64,000 nt of DNA from Azolla caroliniana. Taxonomy: Eukaryota > Plantae > Polypodiophyta. The position numbers were made by a program, and so were the translations under genes. Every line of letters begins with the position of its first letter. Position 1 is the first letter of the stretch. The notes below the pieces were generated by a model. The model did not search any database and was not told the origin of the DNA. It saw only the letters and a list, made by a program, of their open reading frames with translations. Below are positions 1 through 12,066 of this stretch, one piece after another. The stretch spans positions 4,588,001 through 4,652,000 of the forward strand of contig JBHGNT010000006.1 in NCBI GenBank assembly GCA_043228905.1. The letters run 5' to 3'.

Positions 1-1133
1 AGAAGTGAATGTCACCTACAACCTTTCATTCACATAATTCACACAACTTTTCAACTCTGTATGTGAAGTGCTTCTCATGCCTTGTATGGGAACTTTAAGT
101 TGGCTTGTTGCATTGCATGCACTATGGGACATGTATATGTCAATACACCGTGATCTTTATACGCAATTATCCCCTTGAAACCTTATGAAATGATGTTTGT
201 AATGAGCCATGTGTGGGGAAGTGGGTCCCTTGATGCAAGCCAAGTCACCTGATATAAAGTTCAAATAGATATTGCCACAATACATCATTCTGTTCGTAAA
301 TTACATCATGTGTACAATATCAAAAGAGTGGCAAGTTCTTGATCTAAAGGCCATTGTTGTTGAAGCACTTCATCGCTTTGTGAGTACCAAGATGCATTTG
401 GGTGTTTTTGTTGTTGCCATTTGCTTTGACATGTCAACAACTTGTGTAACTCTTTGATGTGGCATGGCTTGGATACGGTTTATGATGTTCACTACCTATA
501 TATATTGCTTCTACTACCACACAGGTTGTTGTCAATTCAAAATGGATGATCTTATTTGGATCCTTTCCTATGAATATTTGGTGATGACATTGTGACCAAT
601 GGACTCTTTATTCATGTCAACATGAACATAGGAAGCCCCAAAACCCAAATGGATGCATTGTTAAACGAGGGCAAGGATGACCATGGTGTTGAATAACCAT
701 AGTTTTGTAGGGGGCTCTGGGGAGTGTGTTTGGTAGAATTATCTTTGTAGCATGGCTTCAGTTGAATATCCTCAAGTGAGTTGATTCTTTGATGGGTTGG
801 CTCATAAAGAAGGTGCCATTCAGGCTTGGTGATTCCTAGATGAATCCATTGCAACTTGCCCTCCCAATAGGCTAAAGACGACTTGACTACTTATTGACGT
901 GGATGATCATGGCCTTGGTCTTTTTTGAGGTTTAGCACGAGGCCTTTTTCACAATATAAACTCCTTAGGGAGCTTCGTTCTTGCCATTAATGAGAATCTA
1001 TTTCGACACATTTTTTTTCCCACATTTTCATGCTTCGATAACACATGAGACCAACCTAATGATCACCATCACCAACCAGACATTATGAAGACGACAAAAG
1101 CTAGCAAACATGGACATGCTCATGTGCCAGAAC

Positions 1134-1449
1134 TAGGAATCGACAATGGTTCAGTTTCAACTTAATTGGTTTGGCCTTCTCCAACCCAAACCGTTTTAGC
1201 CTCAATGATTTGGAAGTTTTCAAACTTGAATCAAACTAGTTAATTGTTAACCGCTTTGGAAAAACCATTTACCTTTAACTGTCTGGCCCAAATCGGTTCG
1301 GTTCGGCTTGAATTTTGCTGAACCGAGCTCAAACTAGTTTACGAAGCTCAAGCCTAAACCGAGCTGAACCTAAACGCCAATCCGCCAAACCGTTTAAAAA
1401 CAGTTTAACGGCTCGTTTTAGGCTTGAACCGAACCGTTTGCAACTCCTA
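1134..1449. mobile_element. Non-autonomous hAT (Ac/Ds-like) DNA transposon / MITE
   Basis: Imperfect TIRs TAGGAATCGACAATGGTTCAG / rc TAGGAGTTGCAAACGGTTCGG; many subterminal AACCG/CGGTT motifs; 8-bp TSD GCCAGAAC (1126-1133) / GCCAGAAA (1450-1457). Confidence 0.75.
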
Positions 1450-1680
1450 GCCAGAAACAAGAAAGCATTTGCCAAGAGAGCATCCAACCCAAGCAAAACA
1501 TGGACAATGAAGAAATTAGTAGCAGATACCATCGTCGTCCAACAATCACTTGTGTATATAAGAGCAACCAGTCTGTTGTTGTAGGCTGTAGCTTTCGTTC
1601 GGAAGAAGAAGCAGCTCAGTGCAAATTCAAATCATTTTCATACTTCCTCCGAGGGTTAGAAAGATAGAGAAGATGGTTTC

Positions 1681-4224
1681 ATGGCCTACCGCTGTGGGCA
1701 TCAGATCCTGGGATACACTTATCCCAAAGCAAGGTATTTTCACACAAACCAGAGAGCTCTTATACAAGATGCATATTTGGATCATCAGTTACAATGCCTA
1801 TGCAAAGAAGAAAACCTGGAGAGAGCTATTGAAGTGCTTGTTAGAGTGGATGAACTGGGGATATCTATCTCATCTGAGCTCTATTTTTGTCTATTGAAAT
1901 CATGCCAAAAGAGAAAAACACTTGCGCATGCTACTCAGATATTTGATCACATAACCAAGCATCGTAGTGTAGACCAGTTTTGTGGTCCTTTGGCTGATTG
2001 TTTTGTCTTGACCTTTGCTAAATGTGGTGCTATAAGAGAAGCACATAACCTATTCTGCGAGCTATCTCATCGGAGTGTATTCTCTTGGCTGTCATTAATG
2101 TCTGCCTATTTGGAAAATAGGCAAGGAAGAGACGCATTAATCTTGTTTAAGAGAATGCAAAATGATGGCGTTGAGCCAAACCAATCCACATTCATCAACA
2201 TGTTTAAAGCTTGTAGTATTATACCTGATATCAGAGAGGGTCAGAAGCTGCATGTCTTTGCAAAGGAGAAAGGAATTATTTGTGATGCATATGTGGTCAA
2301 TACACTTGTGGGCATGTATGCCAAATGTGGTAGCATATCAGAAGCCGAGAAGGTTTTCATTGAGTTTCAATCTCAAGATGTAGTCTCGTGGAATGTGATG
2401 CTCACAGCATACTTAGGGAGTGGTCATCATCCATCTATGACATTAAGGTTGTATAGACAAATGCAAGACGAATGTGTACTGCCTGATGAACGAACCTTTG
2501 TTATTGTCATTCAAGCATGCATTGCTGCCATAGATCGTTCAATTTTTGATATGAGAGTTCTGAAGATTGTCCATGGATTCCATGCCGATATAAAGAGGAG
2601 GAACTTCACTTCTAATATTTTTGTTAGCAACTCTCTTATGTGTGCTTATGGCAAGTTTGGTATTATAAATGATGCTGAGACCATTTTCGCATCATCTCCA
2701 AAGAAATCTATTGTGACATGGAATGCAATGCTTTCAACATACATAGGTCAAAACCATGGAGCGAAAGCTTTGCATTTTTACAAGCACATGCAAGAGAAAG
2801 GGGTGTCACCGAATGAGCGAACGTTCGTGAGCGCACTTCAGGCATGCCTTATTCTTGTGGACAAGGAAGAAGATATGGCAATCAAAGGGTCGTCATTAAA
2901 GGTTGTTTGTCAAAAACTCACACAAGCATTTCGTATTGACATTCACATGCATGGATTAACATTTGATGCTTTTGTGGCAAGTACTTTGGTGATTTTGTAT
3001 GGAAAGCTTGGTATCTTGAAAGAAGCAGAGGACATTTTTATCTCAGTGTCTAATCGCACTCATGTCTTATGGTGCGCAATGCTCACAGCCTACGTTGAAC
3101 AAGGTCATGGAGAGAAAGCATTGCAATTGTTTAGACTGATGCAGGAGAAGGGTGTTATGCCCGATAAAACGACTTTCCTAATTGCTCTGCAAGCATGTTA
3201 TATCATTGCGGAGAAGGAAACATCTAAAATCATAGATGCTAACTCTACAAAAGCGATTTCCTTCAGTATTGGGCAAGCATTGCATGCTGAGGCAAACATA
3301 CATGGATGTGCCCTAGATGTTTCTATCAGCACCGTGCTTGTAAAGTTGTATAGTAAATGTGGGTTTATCAAAGAAGCAGAGAAAGCATTCAATGGACTTT
3401 CTGAGCACGATGTCATTTGCTGGAGTACAATGCTTGAAGCATATTTAGACCAGGGCCAGAGTGAAAAGGCCTTATGTCTCTATGATAAGCTAAAAGATAA
3501 GCAAACTATGGACGACATTGTAGTGCTATGCGTATTACAAGCTTGTAGTGAGACAGGAAGTGTAGGGAACTTTTGGCATCTTTATTTTGCTGTGGTTTGT
3601 GCTAGCTATGAATATAAACCATTTGTAGCTAGCTCTCTCATCGATGCATGTGGTAATTGTTCAAGTATGGAAGATGGCCAGGAAGCTTTAGAACAACTCT
3701 CAAGTCCCGATATTGTTTCCTTGAGCTCATGCATCACGGCTTATGCTCGTAATGGAAATTATGTATCTTGCATTAGAAGTGTCATGGATATGTCACTAAG
3801 AGGTGAGATTATAGATGAGGTAGCAATCCTCTCTCTTCTCACATGTTGTAGTCATTCTGGGTATGTGCATGAAGGTCTTGAATACTTCAAATCGTTTGGT
3901 GAAGTTTATCACATGATGCCTGAAATAAAACAATATGTTACCATTGTAGACCTCCTTGGACGTGCCGGTGATTTCAGAAGAATAGAAAACATGATGGTGA
4001 AGATGCCTCAGGAGGCTTGTGATGCATCTATTTGGGTATGCTTACTTGGAGCTTGTTCAACACACAACAATGTAGATCTTGGAAAGGTAGCATTTGGTCA
4101 TGCAATACATCTACAACCAAATGCGTCCACTGCATATGTTCTCATGTCAAATGTCTATGCTGATGCTAAATTAACTGACTTGGCACATGAGGTGGACCTG
4201 TCAAGAATCTTTACTAAGCAATGA
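1681..4224 (+). CDS. PLS-class pentatricopeptide repeat protein with C-terminal E domain and no DYW domain (organellar RNA-editing factor type)
   Basis: Intronless 847-aa ORF with repeated motifs (NTLVGMYAKCGSISEAEKVF, DVVSWNVMLTAY, GVSPNERTFVSALQAC) and ending VDLLGRAG...IWVCLLGACSTHNNVDLG...AYVLMSNVYA. Confidence 0.95.
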   Translation: MAYRCGHQILGYTYPKARYFHTNQRALIQDAYLDHQLQCLCKEENLERAIEVLVRVDELGISISSELYFCLLKSCQKRKTLAHATQIFDHITKHRSVDQFCGPLADCFVLTFAKCGAIREAHNLFCELSHRSVFSWLSLMSAYLENRQGRDALILFKRMQNDGVEPNQSTFINMFKACSIIPDIREGQKLHVFAKEKGIICDAYVVNTLVGMYAKCGSISEAEKVFIEFQSQDVVSWNVMLTAYLGSGHHPSMTLRLYRQMQDECVLPDERTFVIVIQACIAAIDRSIFDMRVLKIVHGFHADIKRRNFTSNIFVSNSLMCAYGKFGIINDAETIFASSPKKSIVTWNAMLSTYIGQNHGAKALHFYKHMQEKGVSPNERTFVSALQACLILVDKEEDMAIKGSSLKVVCQKLTQAFRIDIHMHGLTFDAFVASTLVILYGKLGILKEAEDIFISVSNRTHVLWCAMLTAYVEQGHGEKALQLFRLMQEKGVMPDKTTFLIALQACYIIAEKETSKIIDANSTKAISFSIGQALHAEANIHGCALDVSISTVLVKLYSKCGFIKEAEKAFNGLSEHDVICWSTMLEAYLDQGQSEKALCLYDKLKDKQTMDDIVVLCVLQACSETGSVGNFWHLYFAVVCASYEYKPFVASSLIDACGNCSSMEDGQEALEQLSSPDIVSLSSCITAYARNGNYVSCIRSVMDMSLRGEIIDEVAILSLLTCCSHSGYVHEGLEYFKSFGEVYHMMPEIKQYVTIVDLLGRAGDFRRIENMMVKMPQEACDASIWVCLLGACSTHNNVDLGKVAFGHAIHLQPNASTAYVLMSNVYADAKLTDLAHEVDLSRIFTKQ

Positions 4225-6057
4225 AGTGTTGTAAATGTAAGAGATGGATGTGAAAAACAATCATCACAATTCATAGAACTTTGAAAAGTTCAAACAGAGC
4301 TGGAGAATTCCTTGTCTCAACGATTCTGAAACTTGACTTGGATACACTCAAATCTTACATATGGCCACGGCAGTATCTATCATTTGGTTTGCCATTGAGA
4401 TGGGATTATGAACCTTTCATTGTGCTTCATGAATAGCCTGACAGGTAGGAGACCATGGCATGTATCACTCTGGGCTTTCATGCAATGACTTTTAACTTGC
4501 CTGAAGTATGCAAGTTACAGTGAGATTCATGGGATGCCACTCTTAACCATGGTTTCATGTATTAGTAGCATTGATGCATGTATTATGTTGGATGAACTGT
4601 TTCTGTTTGGATGGTTCAAGAGACATTCCACGTGCCCAATGATGATAACGCATTTTTATGTCCATTGACATAGGAATCCATATGGTACTTCTACAGGTAT
4701 TCATCATTGTTTTTCACATAACCTTGTCAAACGGATTCCACAATGACATCATCACATATAAAAAACCAACTTGTACAACAACCAATGAGTATGCAAACAA
4801 TTTTACCTACACTTCTCCACAAAGAAAAACATTTAAAGGATCCTTTGTGATCATTTGACAAAAAAACATGCATATTGTTCATTTTTAATTCTTCTAAGAT
4901 CCTAGATTTGGTTTATTTCTACATATCCAACAATTGCTACATTGCAATTGACATATCAAACCATTTTAGTTTGAAGACAGCATGAGGTTTCTGTTCTTGT
5001 TGAGCTCATCTTAGGACACCTGAGTTTATCAAGCTCTTCTTGAGCTGAGGTACATGCTGTACATGCTGAAGTGTGAAAGCAGAACCATGCTTGCTTTTCA
5101 ATATTGTGGTGTGCATGTACAATATCCCAGTCATTTTATTTTCCTTTTTTCACATCTAGACCTAATTCCAAGTTGTGAGAGATTGCTTTCCTTCATCCTT
5201 ACAATTCCTTCAACCAAGCATTACAGATTTTGACACTTTGTTACATTTGCTTTTTGACATCCCACCCTTATTCATTGCATTTCATGTCCAAGCCGTTTTG
5301 CTTTTCACTACCCAACTATTTCTTGGTTTACCTTTTCACACATTTCCTTTTCACTCCCAAACCAATAGCTAGTTTCGTCGGGATTGCTCTCCTTGTACAC
5401 TTCCAAGACATTTCTTTTATGGCATGCAAACAAGCATTGATCCAAACTCCTTTCCATTTACATTTCAACATTGAGACCATTTCTTCATTTATTGTTTTTG
5501 GCATCTTGACCATCTCTTCGATCGCTTTTGCTTTTTTCCAACTTACATGCCTTATTTCTACCAGCTTTGGGCATCCATATGATTTTCTATTCAACATCAA
5601 GACCATTTCTTCGTTTGCTCATTTGGCATCCTGACCATTTCTTGTATTACTTATATAAACTTCCATTGTATTACTTATATCAACTTCCATATCTTTTCGT
5701 TTTTGCCAATGTTTGGGCATCTATACCAAATTCATTTTCCGGAATCTACTGTTCCCATTTTGAAATCCCGAAAACCCAAGTTCAGTTTCATAGGCTTTCT
5801 TCGCATATTTTCCTCCAACACGGAAAGCCATATGTATTTCTTCTTCGTCTCTCTCTTTTTTTTTCTACTGCTTTTTGGCTCTCTTATATTTTTAAACATC
5901 TCTACAGCATGAGCTCTTTTCCATTTGCTTTTTGCTTTTTGCTTGTTTTTCGAAACCTTTTCATTGAACAGAGATATAAGAAGGGGTAGGATTTTGTTAG
6001 GGCTTTTTTCTCATCCGTCTTCTGATTGTGAATGCTGTAACTCTGAACAACATTGCC

Positions 6058-6138
6058 ATGGAATTCTGGGGTAAGTCTCCATCAGCTTCTCTCAGTAATT
6101 GATATTTCTGTGGCATCCACTCCCTCTCTGATGATAAT

Positions 6139-6170
<32 letters not shown>

Positions 6171-8758
6171 TATTCATTCATTCACTAATACACACACATC
6201 CTCTGCAGGTGTTCAGCTTAAGCCCAAGAAATCTCATAGACTCCCTCGCACAGACTACGGCGGCTCACGCCTTCACGTTACTCAGGTCCTTTTCTTCTTC
6301 TCTCCCTTTCTTTGTTTCTTTCTAAAAATGGCTTCTTTTTTGTGTTTCCCATTCATTCTTTTTATGTATTTAGATTTCTGTCTAAGACATAACATAGCTT
6401 AGCTTCCCGCTCTCTCTGTCTCTTTGTTTCTGTTTCTCTAGCATTCTTTCCTTCTCTCTCACCCTCTCTGTTAAAATGCTAGTTTCTTTTAACTGTATCT
6501 TTGCTTTCTTGTCTCTGTCACTTTGTTTCATTCGTGTTATGTATTCGGATTGCTTTCTGACATACGGTCTAGCTTATGATTTTTTTCTTTTGGCTCACTC
6601 GTTGGTTCTTTTATTTCTTTATTTTTTTCCGTCTCTCCCGCATTCTTTTGTTCTCGTTCTCTCTCTCATTCCGTTTTTTTATCTGTTAATCTATCCTTTT
6701 TTTTTTTGACTTTGAGTATCTCTTAACATTTTACGCAGGCTACCTTGGGGAACAATGCTTCAAAAGAAAGATCCATTGTGAAGTGTAGAGTTGGGGATGG
6801 TCCAGTTCTTTACCTTTGCTCGCTTCTTCCTGGAGTAGCAGAATCATGCTCTTTGGATTTGTATTTCGAAGATGACATTGTATTTTCTGTCAAAGGATCT
6901 GCTAGCGTTCATCTGGTTGGCTATTTTGAACCTTACTATGATGAGGATGAGCCAGGTGAAGATATTGGATACTCAGATGAAGAAAATGAATCAGAAGATG
7001 ATTCGTATCCTTTTATGGTTGTTGCAATCCGTTAGGCATTGTGTAAAAATTTGTTGCACAGTTTGATAAATTAATGTTTAGTGTATTGCCTCATTGATCT
7101 AATTACGTAGTCTATGAATGCTGTTGTGCACATTTGTAATGTTCCTGCATCATGAACAGTTTTTTGTATTTCCTAAGGAATTTCCAGTATGCATTGATGT
7201 ATTGTTGTGGATGATGATAGTGATGATCAGGATCCTCAATTTTCATGTTATCTATGGGACATATTTCAGCATTCCTCTTTAGTGAACCATTGAAGTTGTC
7301 ATGTGTTATTCATTTTGCATATCCTGAGCTATTTCCAGTTTGGATGGCTTTGTCATGGATGATGATAGTGAAGACGAGGATATTGATTATGAAGTTGACA
7401 CCACGGATGAGGATGAGCCTATGTTGATCCCTAATTCAGGAGGTATTAAGTTTTATAGGTCAGTATTTCTCTCATGTTGAGAGTATTATAATGACTTGTT
7501 AAGAATGCAGTTAAAATTGAAGAAATCAAGGATAAAGAAGATTCTGAAAAGGAAGACAGTGAAAAAATAGCTTCTATAGTACCAGTAAAGGCTGATAAGG
7601 GAATGCTGAAGACAGCGGAGAAGGTTGTTAATGGAGAAATCCTTAGTAGTGAAGATGAGGATGGATTTCCTCTTGACAAGAAGAGGAAAAGGAAAACTGA
7701 TGATGAAGAGTCTACAAAGAAAAGGTTTTTAAGAGTCTCTTCTGTTTACTAACGTACACTTTTTGTTTATTGAAATTAAGAATAATGTTTTTAGGTTATC
7801 CGAGGGTGAACCAGCTTCAGAGCCTGCAATTGCACCTAACAAGGATGTAGAGACACTTAGTAAAACTGAAGAAGAAGAAACTCCAAAGAAGAAGAAAAAG
7901 AACAAAAAGAAAAAGAAAAAAGAGACAAAAGAAGAGGAGAAAGTCTCTGAAGATGCCCAATCTAAACAAAATAATGGAAATCTTATGGTAGGAGATGATG
8001 CACAAGCATTGGGTAAGAAAGGGACAGTGAAAAAATATGATAATGGTCTTGAAATTGTGAATGTGTCTATGGGAACACCAGATGGTAGGCAAGCCACAAG
8101 AGGAAAGAAAGTACGCACATGTTACATGCTCATTAACAATATGCTGATTTGGAAGTTTATATTCATATATGTGATTGTAACATGAAAGCATTATTTGTTG
8201 CCATTTCAGGTTGGAATGATCTATACTGGTAGATTGAAGTCCAATGGGAAGATTTTTGATTCGAATCTTGGAAAGAAACCCTTCTTCTTTAGATTGGGTG
8301 AGTGAATTTGTTTTGAGATTACCTAAGACTCCTGGAAACTATTGACACATTGTACACCATCTCTTTGATGGTACATTAAAATTCTTTGTTTTCATGGACT
8401 GATTCAGGTGTGGGTCAAGTGATCAAGGGCTGGGATATTGGAGTGAATGGTGATCTTCCTTTTTTGCATATTCAGATATGAAATTAGTTTGCGTTGATTT
8501 TCACTAAGATGAGGAACTGTTTGCAGGTATGAGAGTTGGAGACAAGAGAAAGCTTATCATTCCTCCTTCTATGGGGTATGTACATGTTTGATGTCACTGG
8601 ATATTTTTTGTGTCTAGGTTTAACTGGTCAATTGTAATAAATAATAAGGGTTTTTTCAAGCATTTCCCACTCCTTGCAGGTATGGAAATCAATCAATTCC
8701 TGGAATACCTCGGAATTCATGGCTTGTTTTTGATGTGGAGTTGGTGGAAGTCAAATAA
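6058..8758 (+). CDS. FKBP53: FKBP53-like histone chaperone / peptidyl-prolyl isomerase (N-terminal nucleoplasmin-like domain, acidic/basic linker, C-terminal FKBP domain)
   Basis: Exons 6058-6070, 6209-6285, 6739-7004, 7339-7442, 7511-7724, 7795-8110, 8210-8297, 8408-8449, 8527-8575, 8680-8758 all splice GT-AG in frame: MEFWGVQLKP...RLHVTQATLG...SVHLVGYF...SGVKIEEI...SEDEDGFP...[15 protein letters not shown]...[36 protein letters not shown]...[12 protein letters not shown]. Confidence 0.93.
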
Positions 8759-10723
8759 TTTGTTTTCGACTTTGGCTTGTTATTATTGATGCACCATTGA
8801 TTAAATCAAAATCCTATATTTGAACGGTGAATTCACAGTTCATCTTAAGTTCGAACTGATGGACAAAATGGCAAATATTCTAGTTTAGTTGTGGCAAGTT
8901 GAGTTCAATGGTGTCTCCCTTAACAATTTTCCCCCTCAATTATTTTCCTTTTGGGTTGATCTCAATATCAACTGAGTTGTCTGATATCTATATTCTAATT
9001 TACCTAGTGCTGTTTTTTCCAGTAATAGTATATATTTTATGATAAGGGAATTTGAGTATTGCTTCCTTGAATTCATATGCATGTGAGGTTTTTGTTGGCA
9101 TTGGTGGGAGGACACTTATCATCTAGAGGATTTTTGTGAAAAGGAAAATATTTTACTCCAAAGAATCATTGAAGTGTGTTATTGATTCCATATATTAAAT
9201 GATTAATAAGAAAATCAGTGGAGAAAGTATATTAGTTCTCTACAAGTATAACCTTTTAGCTTTCTGATATAATAAATGATAGAAAATCTTTGACTGGAGA
9301 AAGTATATAGATCCTCCAAAAGTGTTGTGGGGATGTTACCATGAGAGATTGCGAACCTTTTACTTGAGGATTTTCAGATGTGGGTGATAATAATTTAAGT
9401 GTCGTACTCTATTGGATATTCATAAGACAAGTTGCCAAAGGTGAATTAATCTTCTAGCTGTTAAGTTCAAGCTATTTCACAAAGTTGATATCTGTTTAGA
9501 TCTCAGAAAATGTATAGACCCCTGTGAAGATGTATTCTGTGATGTTCAATCTGTGGAATGAATAAAGACCATGTCCATATTTAATATCGTTGGGGTAGCA
9601 TGCAATCTATGTTTAAATATTGAATCCCAACTAAATAACACCATGATTCGATGAGTGGATGAAAAGCATAAAATGCTAGAAGGTCCCTTTCTTGGACTTT
9701 GGAGAGGTGTGAAGGCTACATAGGAAACAATCCTAGACAAAGGCTTCTCGTTTCATACATCAATAATGAACCATTGTCCTTTGTTTTTATATAATATGTT
9801 TACTATGTTTTGCAAAGTAGAAAGGGACAGTCTAGAGAGTTGCTTAAGTAACTAAACTACTTGACTATCAATTAGCTTCCTGTTCAGTGGGAGATGAAAA
9901 CAGTCTGAGCAAATACAATTGCTTGCTTTGGGACTACAAGTCTACATATCCCCCATGAACCTCAAGCTACTTACTATGATTGTCCCATCCCAGATCCAGA
10001 TATGCATATACATGCACATACGATGAGAGGGTTATGCAAAGAGCAACACATTAGTAGAGCTTCTGATGAATTATGCCGATGTTAACATCATATTTGAACA
10101 TTTCTTCCTTCTTCAAGTTAAAGAAGCTATGCCAATATTAACATGATATTTGAAGTATTGTTGTTTTAGAGGGCAATGAATCGTGGTAATACCCACCAAC
10201 AATTTTTCAATCGCACAAATAATCTTCCTCTTGATTAGTAAAGAACACAGCTTTTTTGAGTCTTCATGGAAGCTTGTTGGCCTAGGTTCTTTAAAACCAC
10301 TAGTAACTAAATCACTTGATTGGCAGCTCCACTATAATAAGACTTTCATCAAAATGAATGGAAATAATTGTAGAATGAAAGAGTTTGGCATCTCACTTGC
10401 ATCAAATCTGAGCCAAGCTCGTATATGCTTTCATAAACAAAAGAGGGGACTATAAACAAAAGAGTTTCTCTATTCTTGATTGGCATTTACAAGCTTTCAT
10501 ATGCTTTTTTTCCATAGAAAATTAACTGAAGGAACCATAAACACACAAATTAAAAATTACTCAAAAGAGGAAGACCATTTCTCCATCAACGAGACCACCC
10601 CTGAAAAAATCTACATGTTTGTCTCATTTAGAGATAAAGAGGGAACAGAAAAAGGACATCATCAAAAGCCATGATTGTCATAATATGTAGCAATTATACA
10701 AGAGAAATGGAAAGATATGGGCT

Positions 10724-10909
10724 TCACTTGGGCGTTGGCATGGATGGGTTGATTGCGGGAGCAGAAGTGGGAGCAGATGGGGACATCGGCAATGGTGGTG
10801 ATGATGGTAACATCGGTGGCGGCGACGATACAGGAGGTTCATGCCGATATAGGGAAACCTCATGTGCCAAGCGGCGCCAATCGGCTTGAACCATGCTTGA
10901 TATACACAT
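10724..10909 (-). CDS. Possible small Pro/Ser/Ala-rich peptide
   Basis: 61-aa ATG-started ORF in a locally GC-richer island, ending in SP/AP/TP dipeptides; preceded by a purine-rich leader and a CATAAAAA motif near 11120; no recognised homology. Confidence 0.3.
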   Translation of the reverse strand: MCISSMVQADWRRLAHEVSLYRHEPPVSSPPPMLPSSPPLPMSPSAPTSAPAINPSMPTPK

Positions 10910-11195
10910 AGTCCTCTGTTATTTTTGTCTTTGCTTCTTCTTTCTTATCTTCTTCTTTTACCTCTTCGTTTTCTGATACCGCTCTTACCCTATTCTTCTT
11001 CTTCTTCTTCTTCCTCTTTGGTGATACAACTCATTCCTAAGAATGTCCACTTCTCCTTCTATGCGTTTGTTCCTGCTGTTTTTATTTTCTGTTCTTTTTT
11101 CCGCTACTCTCCCCTGTTTTTATGAATGGGTGGAACAGAGCACACTTCTGGCTTGAGGTAGGCACGCTCCACCCCCTTAGGGTTACCTTTCCCTT

Positions 11196-11291
11196 TATAT
11201 ATATGTATATATATATATAATATATGTGTATATATATAATATATATGTGTATATATATAAACTATATATGTATATATATAATGTATATATG

Positions 11292-11339
<48 letters not shown>

Positions 11340-11409
11340 ATATATATGTATATATATATAATATATATGTATATATATATAATATATATATATATATAGA
11401 GAGAGAGAG
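11196..11409. repeat. Compound (TA)n microsatellite with ~21-23 bp higher-order units, ending in (GA)n
   Basis: Directly visible TATATGTATATATATAA-type units. Confidence 0.9.
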
Positions 11410-12066
11410 CTCTTTCACACGAGGCATTCCCATGGACATGAGATTGGTAAATATGTATGTACATGAGAGATCTAGTTGCTATTCGAGATTGCTTAGGACT
11501 ACGAGAAATCACGTCAAGAAATCGAACATCGCTAATACTTGTGAGAAATCATGCACACACACACACAATATTCTCTCTCATCACATGATGCTTTTTGACA
11601 TTCACCCAATGGGATCTATGTCTTGCCGTAAAAGCTCTGGGAACTTAGTCTTCGGATTGTACTAACCTACAAGTTATGGGAATATATGCATGCACCTTAG
11701 TGAATAAACTCATGTTGGGATATCGATTGATGCCATTGAAGATGATGATTTTAATAACCTATGATTAATGCTTTGCAAAATATGACTTCACTAATGCTCC
11801 ATATGAATCCAATGAACTATGGTTATTAGTATAAGTAATTAATCTAAGAGGGCCAAGTGGTGTACATGTATTGTTGCTTGAATTTAGGTATCGGCATGAT
11901 TTGGTTTTGGCTTAACCGATTTAGCATCGTCCAAGCCAAACTAGTTAAGCCTTAACTGGTTTAGAGGAGTTCAAACCTAGACCAAACCCTATTGGTTCCA
12001 TGTTTTGCTTCTTGAAAATAGTATCTTTCTTGCCCCTTCTCTCTCTCTCTCTCTCTCTCTCTCAAT

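Noticed and set aside
5175-5989. Overlapping hydrophobic ORFs and a weak ~125-bp repeat upstream of FKBP53
   Set aside because: T-rich sequence with no recognisable domain; at most an old repeat remnant
10863-11030. Minus-strand frame containing EDYVYIKH, reminiscent of phytosulfokine DYIYTQ
   Set aside because: No start codon or signal peptide in that frame, and the motif differs from YIYTQ
11104-11512. ORFs rich in Y/I/T
   Set aside because: Translations of the (TA)n microsatellite
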